From: Candidatus Omnitrophota bacterium
GTDB lineage: Bacteria > Omnitrophota > Gorgyraeia > Gygaellales > Profunditerraquicolaceae
Assembly: GCA_043813255.1 (NCBI GenBank)
Contig: JBDRLG010000126.1
Coordinates: forward strand, 2,882 to 66,881
Direction: 5' to 3'
DNA length: 64,000 nucleotides
Shown: positions 8,193 through 18,002 of the stretch, piece after piece
Position numbering within the stretch: position 1 is the first letter of the stretch
How the letters are laid out: the number at the start of each line of letters is the position of its first letter
Notes under the pieces: model-generated
Databases searched by the model: none
Seen by the model: the letters and a program-made list of their open reading frames with translations, nothing else
What the model was told of the DNA's origin: nothing
Made by a program: the position numbers and the translations under genes

Positions 8193-10088
8193 TTATTCAT
8201 AAGAGAGGCTGATCCTGAAAGTTTCTTCATCTTTTTCAAAATTTGGCAGCAACGGGAAAGGGGAAGCTTTTTTGATGCTTGTTACCGCGATTTCATCTAA
8301 ATTTTTATTATTTGAAGATAAAATATAGGGTTCATTTTTTAAATTCCCATTTTGGTTTAACGTGAAAGCTATGGTAGATTCTCCTTTTACAGACTCACCA
8401 GCTTTAATCAAATTAATGAATTGGGTTTTAATTTTATTAAAAATTATTGTTTTATAATCCTGAACAATAGTATTATTGAAAGTATCATTTTTTAATCGAT
8501 TAAATGATTCTTTTTGAATATTGTTTATGTCTTTGTCTTCTGTATTGCTATTATATTCTAAAGGTTCTTCACCTGTAATAATATGCGGGGTTATAAAAAT
8601 AACTAATTCTGTTTTTGAGGATTCACTTTTTACATTCCCAAATAGAGCCCCTAAATATGGGATATCTCCTAGAATAGGTATTCTTTGTGTTTCTTTGATA
8701 GTTTTATCTTTTTTAAGCCCGGCCATCATTATTGTTGTTCCGTCTTTAATCATAATAGTGCTCTCACTTTCTGATGTCGTAACAATAGGAATTTGAGTAT
8801 GCTGATCCTGCGAAGTAATCTCTTTTTGTTCAGATGAACTTATTTCAGGCCGAATTTTTATAGTGATAAAATTATCACGGTTAATAGTTGGTGTTACATA
8901 AAGTTTTATGCCCACATCAACAAAATTAACTGCTTGTGAAGTAACTGTTGTCCCTGTCCCCCCCTGAGAAGTTGTAGAAGTTATGTATGCTTCTTTTGTC
9001 CCGACTAATATTTTTGCTTCCTGATTGTTTAGAACCATAATCCGCGGGCTGGAGAGTATTTTTGTCTGTCCTATTACTCTAAGGGCTTCTACTACTGATT
9101 TGTATTGCCCTTGTTTATCTACTGCCGCATCTGGATCTGTTGCCGCAAGCCCAAAGGCTAATGAGTTGGCTATAGGAGCAGTAGCGCTGGTAAGCGCTGG
9201 AGCGGGCAAACTGCTGATTATACGGGTATTTTTTCTTATCCACCAATTCCAGTCTATCCCCATAGAAAATTCATCTTTTTTAGGAGAGACTTCTACTATT
9301 TGAGCGTCTATTAATACTTGCGGGGTTTTTTCATCGAAAGCAGCGATAATTTTTTCTATTTTAGCAATATTTTCAGGATAATCAGTTATTGCTACTTTAT
9401 TAGTCCTTTCATCAATTCTTATAGAACCAATGCCTTTTGTTATGGATTGCTGGAGTTTCTCATTGATTTTTTCCGCCTGAGCGTAATTCAGGCTAAATAC
9501 TTTACTTTCTAAAGGCCGGTCTAATTCTGAAATTAGTTCCGCTATACTTTTTAATTTTTCCGGTATATCTAAGATGATTACTGTATTTGTAGGTTCGTCA
9601 ACTACTACCCTGCCAATACTGGATTTCATTTGATTTAAAGCCTGAGATAATACTGTTGCTTTGGCATATTTTAGCGTAATATTCAAGATTTCTTTTTTAT
9701 CACCAAATTTATCGCCATAAGTCAACTCATAATCACGGGAAGTCATAATATTTACAATATCGCCTTTTATATCATAAGCAAGGTCATTTGCCGCTATAAT
9801 AATTTGAAAAGCATCGCTAATATTTACATCTTTTAAGAAAAGCGTAACTCTGCCAGTAACATTTTTTCCTATGACAACATTCATTCCTGAGCGGGTTGCC
9901 AGGATTTTTAACACATCGATTATATCCATCCCTTTTACATCGAGGGATATTTTTTCCTGGTTATTTAATATAGGGATAATAGTTGTTTCTGAAGGGCCAG
10001 CAAGAATTTCTTTTTCCGGGATAAATAACGGGATAGATAGTAATAAAAACAAAAAAACTGACAGAAAAAAAGATGATTTTTTTTTCAT
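8193..10088 (-). CDS. Secretin (GspD/PilQ family) with C-terminal TonB_C-like domain
   Basis: STN/N domains, QVLIDAQIVEV, LSSPRIMVLNNQEAKI, IPILGDIPYLGALF, ELVIFITPHI; start at MKKKSS after GGGG RBS. Confidence 0.9.
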   Translation of the reverse strand: MKKKSSFFLSVFLFLLLSIPLFIPEKEILAGPSETTIIPILNNQEKISLDVKGMDIIDVLKILATRSGMNVVIGKNVTGRVTLFLKDVNISDAFQIIIAANDLAYDIKGDIVNIMTSRDYELTYGDKFGDKKEILNITLKYAKATVLSQALNQMKSSIGRVVVDEPTNTVIILDIPEKLKSIAELISELDRPLESKVFSLNYAQAEKINEKLQQSITKGIGSIRIDERTNKVAITDYPENIAKIEKIIAAFDEKTPQVLIDAQIVEVSPKKDEFSMGIDWNWWIRKNTRIISSLPAPALTSATAPIANSLAFGLAATDPDAAVDKQGQYKSVVEALRVIGQTKILSSPRIMVLNNQEAKILVGTKEAYITSTTSQGGTGTTVTSQAVNFVDVGIKLYVTPTINRDNFITIKIRPEISSSEQKEITSQDQHTQIPIVTTSESESTIMIKDGTTIMMAGLKKDKTIKETQRIPILGDIPYLGALFGNVKSESSKTELVIFITPHIITGEEPLEYNSNTEDKDINNIQKESFNRLKNDTFNNTIVQDYKTIIFNKIKTQFINLIKAGESVKGESTIAFTLNQNGNLKNEPYILSSNNKNLDEIAVTSIKKASPFPLLPNFEKDEETFRISLSYE

Positions 10089-10125
10089 GCTAATCCCCTT
10101 TTTTGTCCTAAATGTATATTTGGTT

Positions 10126-10782
10126 TTATAAATAAAGTTCATATTTTTGTCCATTATTAGTTAGAACAATTTTACCTTCTTGTATATCAGTTATTTCATA
10201 TTCTTCTATAAACTGGCCTTTTTGCAGATAATATGTCTTTTGGGCTTTTTTGTCTTCAATAATAGCTTGTGGGTTTTCCCCTGCAATTATTCCTACTAAA
10301 TTAAGATTCTTTAATAAATCACTGGTTACTGCCGCGCTAGCCTTGTTTTCTTTAGCAGCAACCGGGCTATTGAAAATCTGGCGGTTCCCGGTTTCTTCCA
10401 AATAAAATTCCAAAGAAGGTGCTTCTTTTCTTTCTTGGGCCTTTTCTTCTTGTTGTGTCTTCTCTGATGAAACTATAACAGGCGTTTTGAATGTTTTAAC
10501 TAAAAACAGTGAATATACTAAAGAGTATATTAAATATATTAAAGATAATACTACTATAAATATGATTATATTACGAAGTGAGAATATAGTCAAATATTTA
10601 GCTTTAAAATCCAGTACAGTTATTTTTTTTACGGATTTTTTATCTATAATAGGAATTTCTGAAGATAAAACAGTATTTTTTTCTGAAGAAGAAACTTGTT
10701 TTGAAGAAGTTGCAATATTACGGTTTTTAGGAGTTTTTATTAAATGCAACAGCCTTTCTTCAGGAGAAATATCGTCTTTCAT
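10126..10782 (-). CDS. GspC/PilP-like bitopic protein
   Basis: Single TM and C-terminal HR-type domain LNLVGIIAGENPQAIIED...QKGQFI...I..GKIVL; next to the secretin. Confidence 0.7.
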   Translation of the reverse strand: MKDDISPEERLLHLIKTPKNRNIATSSKQVSSSEKNTVLSSEIPIIDKKSVKKITVLDFKAKYLTIFSLRNIIIFIVVLSLIYLIYSLVYSLFLVKTFKTPVIVSSEKTQQEEKAQERKEAPSLEFYLEETGNRQIFNSPVAAKENKASAAVTSDLLKNLNLVGIIAGENPQAIIEDKKAQKTYYLQKGQFIEEYEITDIQEGKIVLTNNGQKYELYL

Positions 10783-11597
10783 AGAATTAAATCCCGTTGT
10801 ATTACATCTGTAATTATTTTTTCATCTATTGTTTGAGTGTCATTCATTATAAGTGTTTCTAACGCGTTATGACAAAGCATAGTTATCCGCCTAGGGCATC
10901 CGCTGCTATATTTATAAATCATTTTTATAGCATCTTCCATAAAAATTGAAGTTTGGTTTTTAAACCCTGCCTGTTTTAATCTGAATTCAATTAGTTGTTT
11001 TGTTTCATTTTCATCAAGAGGCGTAATAACATACTTTGCAGCAATACGGTCTAAAAAATTTCTTATTTTTTTTATACGAGGCACCAGTTCCAATTGCGCC
11101 ATAATCACTAATTGCAATAATTTATGTTCATTTGTTTCATAATTAAGCAGCATTCTGAGTATTTCCAGGTTTTCAGAAGATATTTTTTGGCCTTCATCAA
11201 CTATTAAAACAACAGTTTTATTCTCTTCTATAGCTTTTTGAAATAAATATTTTTCAATAGCCTCTTTGAAATCTAAACTTGATCTGGATTTAGGGGGAAT
11301 ATTAAATATTTTTACTAAATGGAGTAGAAATTGGAGTTCAGTTTTATGTCCGGCATCAAGTAAAAGATGCAGCACGAAATCATCTTCACCTTCAAATGTT
11401 TTTAATAATGCCCGTGAAAGAGTGGTTTTCCCTGTTCCAACATCACCTAAAACAAGGCATAATCCTCTGCGTAGACGGATAGCTATTTCAAGACGCTTAA
11501 GAATAGTGCCATGAGTATTAGAGCGGTATAGGAAATTAGGGTCAGGGCTGGTAGAGAACGGTTCTTTTTCTAAGCCTATAGTTTTATAATAACTCAT
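10779..11597 (-). CDS. ExeA/GspA-like AAA ATPase
   Basis: GLEKEPFSTSPDP, GDVGTGKT, LIVDEGQ, SGCPRRI. Confidence 0.88.
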   Translation of the reverse strand: MSYYKTIGLEKEPFSTSPDPNFLYRSNTHGTILKRLEIAIRLRRGLCLVLGDVGTGKTTLSRALLKTFEGEDDFVLHLLLDAGHKTELQFLLHLVKIFNIPPKSRSSLDFKEAIEKYLFQKAIEENKTVVLIVDEGQKISSENLEILRMLLNYETNEHKLLQLVIMAQLELVPRIKKIRNFLDRIAAKYVITPLDENETKQLIEFRLKQAGFKNQTSIFMEDAIKMIYKYSSGCPRRITMLCHNALETLIMNDTQTIDEKIITDVIQRDLIL

Positions 11598-11670
11598 TAT
11601 ATTTAATTCTTTAGAAATGCGTTAACTTATTTAAAGTATATAAGTTAAAAATAATCTCCTCTAACTAGAA

Positions 11671-11698
11671 AGTATATTAGTTTTGAATGGTTTGTCAA
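11671..11698 (-). promoter_or_regulatory. Sigma70-type promoter upstream of the exeA-like gene
   Basis: TTGACA-N16-TATACT; the -35 box contains the upstream gene's TGA stop. Confidence 0.6.
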
Positions 11699-12678
11699 GC
11701 TAATTTACTTTTATTGATTAATTTTTTCTTTAAAATAATCCTTTTTTTAAGAATTGTTTTAAAAGGAACCGGCTGGAGATAAATTTTTTTGAATGATTTA
11801 AATTTGAAGAGTAATATATGAATTAAAGCTAATAAGTCATAAAAAGTAATAAATGGAGATAATAAGAATATCCTGAATAAGTTGTCATTTTTTAATATGC
11901 TAAGCTGCCTATTTTTAATTAGATGAAAAAGCAGCGTATCATTTATAGAGAAACGTGCGAATTTTATGATTTCAGTTTTATTTTTGCGAGCTGTCCCCCC
12001 TCTTTTGTGATAAACTACTGCTTCTGGAATAAAATAAGCCTTCCAGCCAAAATTATAAGCCCTCCACGCGATATCCAGGTCTTCATAATAAAAATGAAAA
12101 TCTGAATCGAAATACTCGGAATTTATTTTAATCTGTTCAAGCATCTGCCTGCGGTAGAATGCGGCCGCTCCGCTTACTCCGAATATATACCCTTGAGAGT
12201 CATATTGTTTTTTATCTAGTTTTCCATACCCTCTTTCTTTAGCAGTGCGCCAGATAGTAAGAAAAAGCCCGGTACTGTCTATGGTTTTTTTGTCAAAACG
12301 CAGAATCTTTCCGCTGATCATTCCTATCTTGGGGGATATATTGAATCCATTAACTGCTAAGGTGATAAAATTTTTATCCAGTATGATATCGTCATTAAGG
12401 CAGAGAATGAATTCCCCATTACTTAAAGATATTCCTTTATTCAGCGCATTGGAATAATATAGATTCTCAGTGCTGCTATACAACTTGATTTGTGGATAAA
12501 GTTTATTAAGATTCCTGCCGAAATTGGAATCGCATGAGTTAGCTATAACAATAGTTTCAAGATGAGGATAAGACTGATCTTTAACCGAATCCAGGCAATT
12601 GAGGAAATTGAGGATATAGTTATTGATTTCCGCAGTTACAATAATAATACTTACCAATTGATTTGACATTTTATCCAT
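11695..12678 (-). CDS. GT2 glycosyltransferase (WbbL/rhamnosyltransferase-like)
   Basis: LNDD, SGAAAFYRR, FDSDFHFYYEDLDIAWR. Confidence 0.85.
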   Translation of the reverse strand: MDKMSNQLVSIIIVTAEINNYILNFLNCLDSVKDQSYPHLETIVIANSCDSNFGRNLNKLYPQIKLYSSTENLYYSNALNKGISLSNGEFILCLNDDIILDKNFITLAVNGFNISPKIGMISGKILRFDKKTIDSTGLFLTIWRTAKERGYGKLDKKQYDSQGYIFGVSGAAAFYRRQMLEQIKINSEYFDSDFHFYYEDLDIAWRAYNFGWKAYFIPEAVVYHKRGGTARKNKTEIIKFARFSINDTLLFHLIKNRQLSILKNDNLFRIFLLSPFITFYDLLALIHILLFKFKSFKKIYLQPVPFKTILKKRIILKKKLINKSKLA

Positions 12679-12697
12679 TTGAATTAAAATTATAACA
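12663..12697. promoter_or_regulatory. Overlapping bidirectional promoter
   Basis: Plus strand TTGACA-N16-TAAAAT (12663-12690); minus strand extended -10 TGTTATAAT (12697-12689). Confidence 0.5.
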
Positions 12698-12699
12698 TA

Positions 12700-13818
12700 A
12701 TGTTTAATATACTTCTAATATTTATCTTTTTACGCCCCTTTATTTCTTCCGTGGCTTATCCTTTAGAAAACAGTATTTATTCAGTATTGTTATTTCTTTT
12801 TTTAGTTAGTTATCTTTTTCTAAAAAAGTTTGAATTAAATAAACTGCAAAGAATTAAATATCCTCTTATTTTCTTTTTGTTAAGTTTGATTATTTCTTTT
12901 ATTTTCTCTTCTTCAAAATTGAACAGCTCTTTGCGGATATTCGATTATATTTTAGGGTTATTATTGTTTTTTAGTATGTTTTCGATTTCTGCTGAAAATA
13001 AAATTCGGGTAATCCAGACAATTATTTTAAGCGGGTTGGTGGTAAGTTTTTTGGCAATTTATCAGTATTTTTTCGGCTTTCAACATTTGTCAGCTTATAT
13101 TGCTAAGAAAGGGATAGATAATTCTTTTATTATAGATTGTGTTAACCAAAAAAGAGTTTTTTTCCCTTTTATGACTCCGAATATCCTATCTGGATTTTTA
13201 GCTTTGAGCATAGTATTTATTCCTGTAATAAAACATAAAATAAAATGGTTATTTTTTCTTACAATGTTTATTGCGCTTATTCTTACTAGATCTTTAGGGG
13301 GAATCTTAAGTATCATTTTGGCAATTATAATATTAAACTTTATTCAGAGAAAATTATTCCGGAGATACTATTATTTAATAGTTATCTTTATTCTTTCTTT
13401 AGTTTCTATTTTTATATTAAGACAATTTTCTCTAAAAGAGCAATTTTTGCCTTTATTCTCTTTTTTAAGTAGGATAGAATATTGGAAAGAGACGATAGAT
13501 ATAATAAAACTTCATCCTTTTACAGGTATAGGTTTAGGTAATTTAAATTTATCTATGAGCCGTTATGCGCATAATCTATATTTACAGTTATGGGCAGAAA
13601 CAGGGATTTTGGGACTCTTTTCATTTCTATGGTTAGTTGGGGCTGTTTTGAAATACAATATAAAATATATCAAAGATTTTGGATGTAATTATATAAATCT
13701 AAATATATTACTTTTAGTAGCTGTTATACTTTTCTTAATAGACAATTTTATAAGTTTCAGCTTTTTTCTTCCGGAGGTTTCTTTTATTTGGTGGATAATA
13801 TTAGGTTTGAGTATATGA
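12700..13818 (+). CDS. O-antigen ligase / O-oligosaccharyltransferase (Wzy_C family)
   Basis: About 11 TMs, LTRSLGG, SRIEYW, HPFTGIGLGN, AHNLYLQLWAETGILG. Confidence 0.85.
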   Translation: MFNILLIFIFLRPFISSVAYPLENSIYSVLLFLFLVSYLFLKKFELNKLQRIKYPLIFFLLSLIISFIFSSSKLNSSLRIFDYILGLLLFFSMFSISAENKIRVIQTIILSGLVVSFLAIYQYFFGFQHLSAYIAKKGIDNSFIIDCVNQKRVFFPFMTPNILSGFLALSIVFIPVIKHKIKWLFFLTMFIALILTRSLGGILSIILAIIILNFIQRKLFRRYYYLIVIFILSLVSIFILRQFSLKEQFLPLFSFLSRIEYWKETIDIIKLHPFTGIGLGNLNLSMSRYAHNLYLQLWAETGILGLFSFLWLVGAVLKYNIKYIKDFGCNYINLNILLLVAVILFLIDNFISFSFFLPEVSFIWWIILGLSI

Positions 13819-14831
13819 AACTGAAAATTCTCGCGCATAAATATTTTAGTCTGTGCAGAGCTTTATTATATAAATTTAGGGTAGTTAATTTTTTGAAAAT
13901 GATATCCGCTTATTTAGTAAAGATAACTTATTTTCAAAGTTTGCCTTTTGTTATTCAAATAGAGCCTACAAATAGATGTAATTTGAAATGTTCTTTATGT
14001 ATTACCGGAACTGGAAAATTACGAAGATCCGCAGGAAATATGACTTTTGAGGAATTTGAAAAAATAATAAAAAAAATAGATAAAAATACTTTTTATTTAG
14101 GATTATATAATTTAGGAGAATCTCTCTTAAATCCTGATATATATAAAATGATCATTTACGCTAAGGAAAAGAGAATGTTTACAAGATTAAGTACGAATGC
14201 TTTTTTTGATAATGAAGAGAATATAGTTAAATTAATGAATTCCGGCATAGATGAATTAATTATCTCTTTGGATTGTGCCACCCCGCAAACATATACTAAA
14301 TATAAGGGAATAGATGGTTTCCAGAGAGTTATAAGAAATATAAAATTAATAATAAAAGAACGTGCTAATAAATTAAACCCCATTATTGTATTGCAATTAT
14401 TAATTATGAAAGAAACAGAGAATGAAATTAAAAAATTTAAAGAATTAGCGCATGAGTTAAAAGTAGATAAAACTGTGCTAAAAACATTGCGTATCAATTT
14501 TCCTGGAGTCCCTGGTGATAAAAGTTTTCTCCCAAATAACCTCAGATATATTCGAAAGGCATATATCAATAGAAATGATTCAAGTAACAAATGTTTTCGT
14601 CCATGGGTATCAGCAGTTATTTTATGGGATGGTAGTATTGTGCCGTGTTGTTTTGATATGGAAGGAGAATATAATTTTGGCAATATACATAATCAAACCT
14701 TTGAAGAAATTTGGAGAAATGAAAAATACGTTTCTTTTAGAAAAGAAATATTAAAGATAAATAACCGAATTGGTTTATGTAAAGAATGTAGTTTAAATCA
14801 TCTCTTGCACAATATTAAGCTATATTCATAA
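13815..14831 (+). CDS. Radical SAM enzyme with SPASM/twitch domain
   Basis: IEPTNRCNLKCSLC; CFRPW...VPCC...CKEC; start at ATGA overlap. Confidence 0.88.
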   Translation: MKLKILAHKYFSLCRALLYKFRVVNFLKMISAYLVKITYFQSLPFVIQIEPTNRCNLKCSLCITGTGKLRRSAGNMTFEEFEKIIKKIDKNTFYLGLYNLGESLLNPDIYKMIIYAKEKRMFTRLSTNAFFDNEENIVKLMNSGIDELIISLDCATPQTYTKYKGIDGFQRVIRNIKLIIKERANKLNPIIVLQLLIMKETENEIKKFKELAHELKVDKTVLKTLRINFPGVPGDKSFLPNNLRYIRKAYINRNDSSNKCFRPWVSAVILWDGSIVPCCFDMEGEYNFGNIHNQTFEEIWRNEKYVSFRKEILKINNRIGLCKECSLNHLLHNIKLYS

Positions 14832-14840
14832 AAAATTATT

Positions 14841-15542
14841 TTAATAATTTTTTATTTCTTTCCCGTTAATAATTGCTGACTTTAATTCAAGAAGTTTAAA
14901 GTGGAATGTATTATTATCTTTTTTAGTTTCTATGCAAAATTCTTTAATTTTTCCTATATTAGGAGCAAGCCAGATACTGCAATCATAGGTTTTGCATTTA
15001 TTGCCATCTTCTTCTTTATTGGAATAATTTTTAGTAAATTTTAGACAATCTTTAAATTTTCCAGCACTAACTTCTATATCTTCTATGGAATCTAATGTTA
15101 TTATGCCCGCGTCTATTTCTTTTATGCTATTATCATTAGCCCGCATTAAATTAGTGGAATATTCTATGCTTTTTCCTATTTCTATGTTGGGAAATAATAA
15201 CCGCGGGGGAGTATAAATGTAGGAAGTATTGTCATCAAGAACCTTGTATTCTTTTATTCCTTGTGAATCGATAGCTGTATATGTATATTCATCTTCTTCT
15301 GTTGAAGCCGTTATTTTTGTAACTTTAATCCTATTAAATAATTCAGTATTATCTACCGCGATTGTATTTTCTTCCACAATATTTTTTTCATCACTTATTA
15401 CATATGTCCAGCTATTCCCTTGTTCCAATGGATAATATTCTTTTAGGTTAAATGCTAGAGCAAAATTATTACATAAGAATATCATATTTGTTGTCAAAAT
15501 TATAATAGGAATAGTTTTTAAAGAAAGTTTCCTTGTATTCAT
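14841..15542 (-). CDS. Secreted beta-rich hypothetical protein
   Basis: Signal peptide ending ALA; YYPLEQGNSWTY, VSAGKFKDC, WLAPNIGKIK. Confidence 0.7.
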   Translation of the reverse strand: MNTRKLSLKTIPIIILTTNMIFLCNNFALAFNLKEYYPLEQGNSWTYVISDEKNIVEENTIAVDNTELFNRIKVTKITASTEEDEYTYTAIDSQGIKEYKVLDDNTSYIYTPPRLLFPNIEIGKSIEYSTNLMRANDNSIKEIDAGIITLDSIEDIEVSAGKFKDCLKFTKNYSNKEEDGNKCKTYDCSIWLAPNIGKIKEFCIETKKDNNTFHFKLLELKSAIINGKEIKNY

Positions 15543-15627
15543 TTATTCTCCCCAGTTCTCAAAAGAAATATAAAATACTTTATTTTCTCAAGTTGTATTA
15601 TTATAACATATTTTTTTTGGAAAAGAA

Positions 15628-17232
15628 TTATAAATAGTGTTTTTGCCAAAAAATATTATCTGTTATTTTAACAATAAAAATATCTTTTTTTTCAAAGACC
15701 TTTTCAGATTTAGGTATTCTTATTAAAGCAAACTTAGGATTACTTGGTATTAAACTGTTTATATACTCATTAAAAGGATTGATATAGAAATTACCTGTTT
15801 TTAAATAATCCCCATTAAAATGAGGGGTATAAACAATAATATGCGTTATATTGTATCTTTTGCAAAAATTATATATTTCTTTAGGAGAGCATGAATAATA
15901 AGCTTTAAAGAAATCATAAGTGCGTTTTTTTATAATAGGGTAATAATTATTATAATATGGTTCAGATGTTTCTTCATTAATCAATACCTTGCGTTTAGCA
16001 AATGTAGGGATATTATCCATTAGGCTGGGATGGCCGGCGATAAGGATGTTTTTGGGCAAAGTTTGGAGGTAATTATAAAGTTCAGGTTGATTCGCTATGA
16101 TATAATATTTTTGTAAGCAAGGAATAAAGTATAGCCCAATTAGAGAAATAGAAATACACAAGATTATTAATTGTGCTTTTAAGGAGGCAGTGTTTTTTCT
16201 TATTATTGCGGCAATATGGGTGCTAATAAATAATATTAAAAAAAGAGGCAGGGAATACCTCATGAATCTTGAGGGGCCATAAAATTTGTACATAAAAATA
16301 TTTGAAATTATAAAAAAGAATAAAGATATAGTTATAAAATACCAGTATTCTTTAGGTAGTTTAATCAGTTTTTTTCTTAAAATAATAATAATAAAAATAG
16401 AAAGGCCTAAAAGAAAAGATAAAGATGAATCCATGGCTAAGCCGCTCTGGTAATTCGTTATTTGTTTTAAAAAAGAAGGGAAAAGAACAGGAGTCCGGCC
16501 TCCTTCGTAGAATTCTTGCATATTTTTCATGCTTTCCAGGCTTATTAGAGAAATATCTTTCAGGGAATAATTTTTTAATAAAATTATAGAAATTATTGAT
16601 GTTATAAATAATAATAACAATATATGTTTAATCTCCCCCTTTTTATTTTTGACTGTTTCTATTAAAAAATAAAATAAATATACAAAAAAACAAATTAGAA
16701 ATAAAGGAGGATAAAATAGAGAAAGTAAAATTAGAGTAAAACTTGACTTAAAAAATTTTCTGTTGGTAAAAAAATATAAGAACATAATAAAAAATAATAT
16801 ACCAAAGTCTGCCCCATCTCCTGTTCCAAAAACAGAAAAAATTTTTCTGCTCCAGCTAGTAAATATAAAAAGTATACTGGCTATTATAGCTGAATATAAG
16901 CCTGTTGAAAAAAAACACAATCTAAATATATAAAACACAGAAAGAGCACATAGAATAAATGGTAAAACTTTAGTTATGGGAATAGGCGAACAAAAAAAAC
17001 TGGTTATAAAGTAAAAAATATTTAATCCCCAGGGATTTTTAGCATAATAAAAATCAGTTATAATATCATTTTTAAAAAGTTCCTTATCCATATATTTTAG
17101 ATAGGGATAAATTGTTTGTCGTATATCATCATTTATTGCATAATTGTTTGAGAGCAAAGGATATTGGCAATATAAAGTAATTAAAAGAGAAAATAATAAA
17201 ATTATACTTAAAGCTATATTTATTTTTTTCAT
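15628..17232 (-). CDS. Polytopic membrane protein, putative GT-C glycosyltransferase (paralog of 40915-42522)
   Basis: About 11-12 TMs, acidic NDDIRQ after TM1, soluble C-terminal domain. Confidence 0.65.
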   Translation of the reverse strand: MKKINIALSIILLFSLLITLYCQYPLLSNNYAINDDIRQTIYPYLKYMDKELFKNDIITDFYYAKNPWGLNIFYFITSFFCSPIPITKVLPFILCALSVFYIFRLCFFSTGLYSAIIASILFIFTSWSRKIFSVFGTGDGADFGILFFIMFLYFFTNRKFFKSSFTLILLSLFYPPLFLICFFVYLFYFLIETVKNKKGEIKHILLLLFITSIISIILLKNYSLKDISLISLESMKNMQEFYEGGRTPVLFPSFLKQITNYQSGLAMDSSLSFLLGLSIFIIIILRKKLIKLPKEYWYFITISLFFFIISNIFMYKFYGPSRFMRYSLPLFLILFISTHIAAIIRKNTASLKAQLIILCISISLIGLYFIPCLQKYYIIANQPELYNYLQTLPKNILIAGHPSLMDNIPTFAKRKVLINEETSEPYYNNYYPIIKKRTYDFFKAYYSCSPKEIYNFCKRYNITHIIVYTPHFNGDYLKTGNFYINPFNEYINSLIPSNPKFALIRIPKSEKVFEKKDIFIVKITDNIFWQKHYL

Positions 17233-17234
17233 GT

Positions 17235-18002
17235 CTATGGATGAAATTTTAATTCTTTAATTAGATCCTTAGGGTTAAAGAAATCTTTTATTTTTTCATA
17301 ATTATTTCTGTACAAATAAGAAATATCTAAAATAACTCTTTTCATCCTTCCTAGTAGTCCGTAATGACTTTTTCCATGCCTTCTTTTATTACAAGATATT
17401 TTTACTTCAGTAATAGAGATTTTTTTACCTCTCATTAATAAAGGAATAAACCGGTGTGATTCCCCATATAATTTAATATCTTTAATTAATTCCTGGCGGT
17501 AAGCCCTAAAGCTACAACAAATTTCATGGAGTTCAGTATTAAATAGTATATTAATTATTTTATTAGCAATTAATGAAGGTAATATTTTATTCAGGAAATT
17601 ATCTTCTCTATGATTTTTCCATCCATTTACCAGATCATAGCCATATTCAATTTTCTCTAGGAATTTAGGAATATCATAAGGATTGTGTTGGAGGTCTCCA
17701 TCCATAGTTATAACTATTTCGCCTTTTGAAAAATAAAAACCGGCAGATAAACTGGCAGTCTGCCCATATTTTTTTATTAATTTAATAATATTTAGATTTT
17801 TATCTTTTTTATGAATTTCACATAGATATTGGTAAGTCTTATCATTGCTCCCATCATCTATAAAAATTATTTCATAAGTTTTATTTATAGTATTCAAAAC
17901 CTCCTTTAATTGAGTATAGAGCAAGATTATATTGTCCTCTTCATTATTAACGGGAATTATTATGGATAGGTATTTTTCAGGAGGATAAACAAATTTATTC
18001 AT
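17235..18002 (-). CDS. ArnC/GtrB-like GT2 (polyprenyl-phosphate sugar synthase), no C-terminal TMs
   Basis: IFIDDGS, GQTASL, MDGDLQHNP, LYGESHRFIP, RRHGKSHY. Confidence 0.85.
   Translation of the reverse strand: MNKFVYPPEKYLSIIIPVNNEEDNIILLYTQLKEVLNTINKTYEIIFIDDGSNDKTYQYLCEIHKKDKNLNIIKLIKKYGQTASLSAGFYFSKGEIVITMDGDLQHNPYDIPKFLEKIEYGYDLVNGWKNHREDNFLNKILPSLIANKIINILFNTELHEICCSFRAYRQELIKDIKLYGESHRFIPLLMRGKKISITEVKISCNKRRHGKSHYGLLGRMKRVILDISYLYRNNYEKIKDFFNPKDLIKELKFHP

Noticed and set aside
12690-15610. Invertible segment explaining the plus-strand waaL/rSAM pair; TTATAACATA at 12690 and 15601
   Set aside because: The copies are direct, not inverted, and are better explained as minus-strand extended -10 boxes; no recombinase nearby
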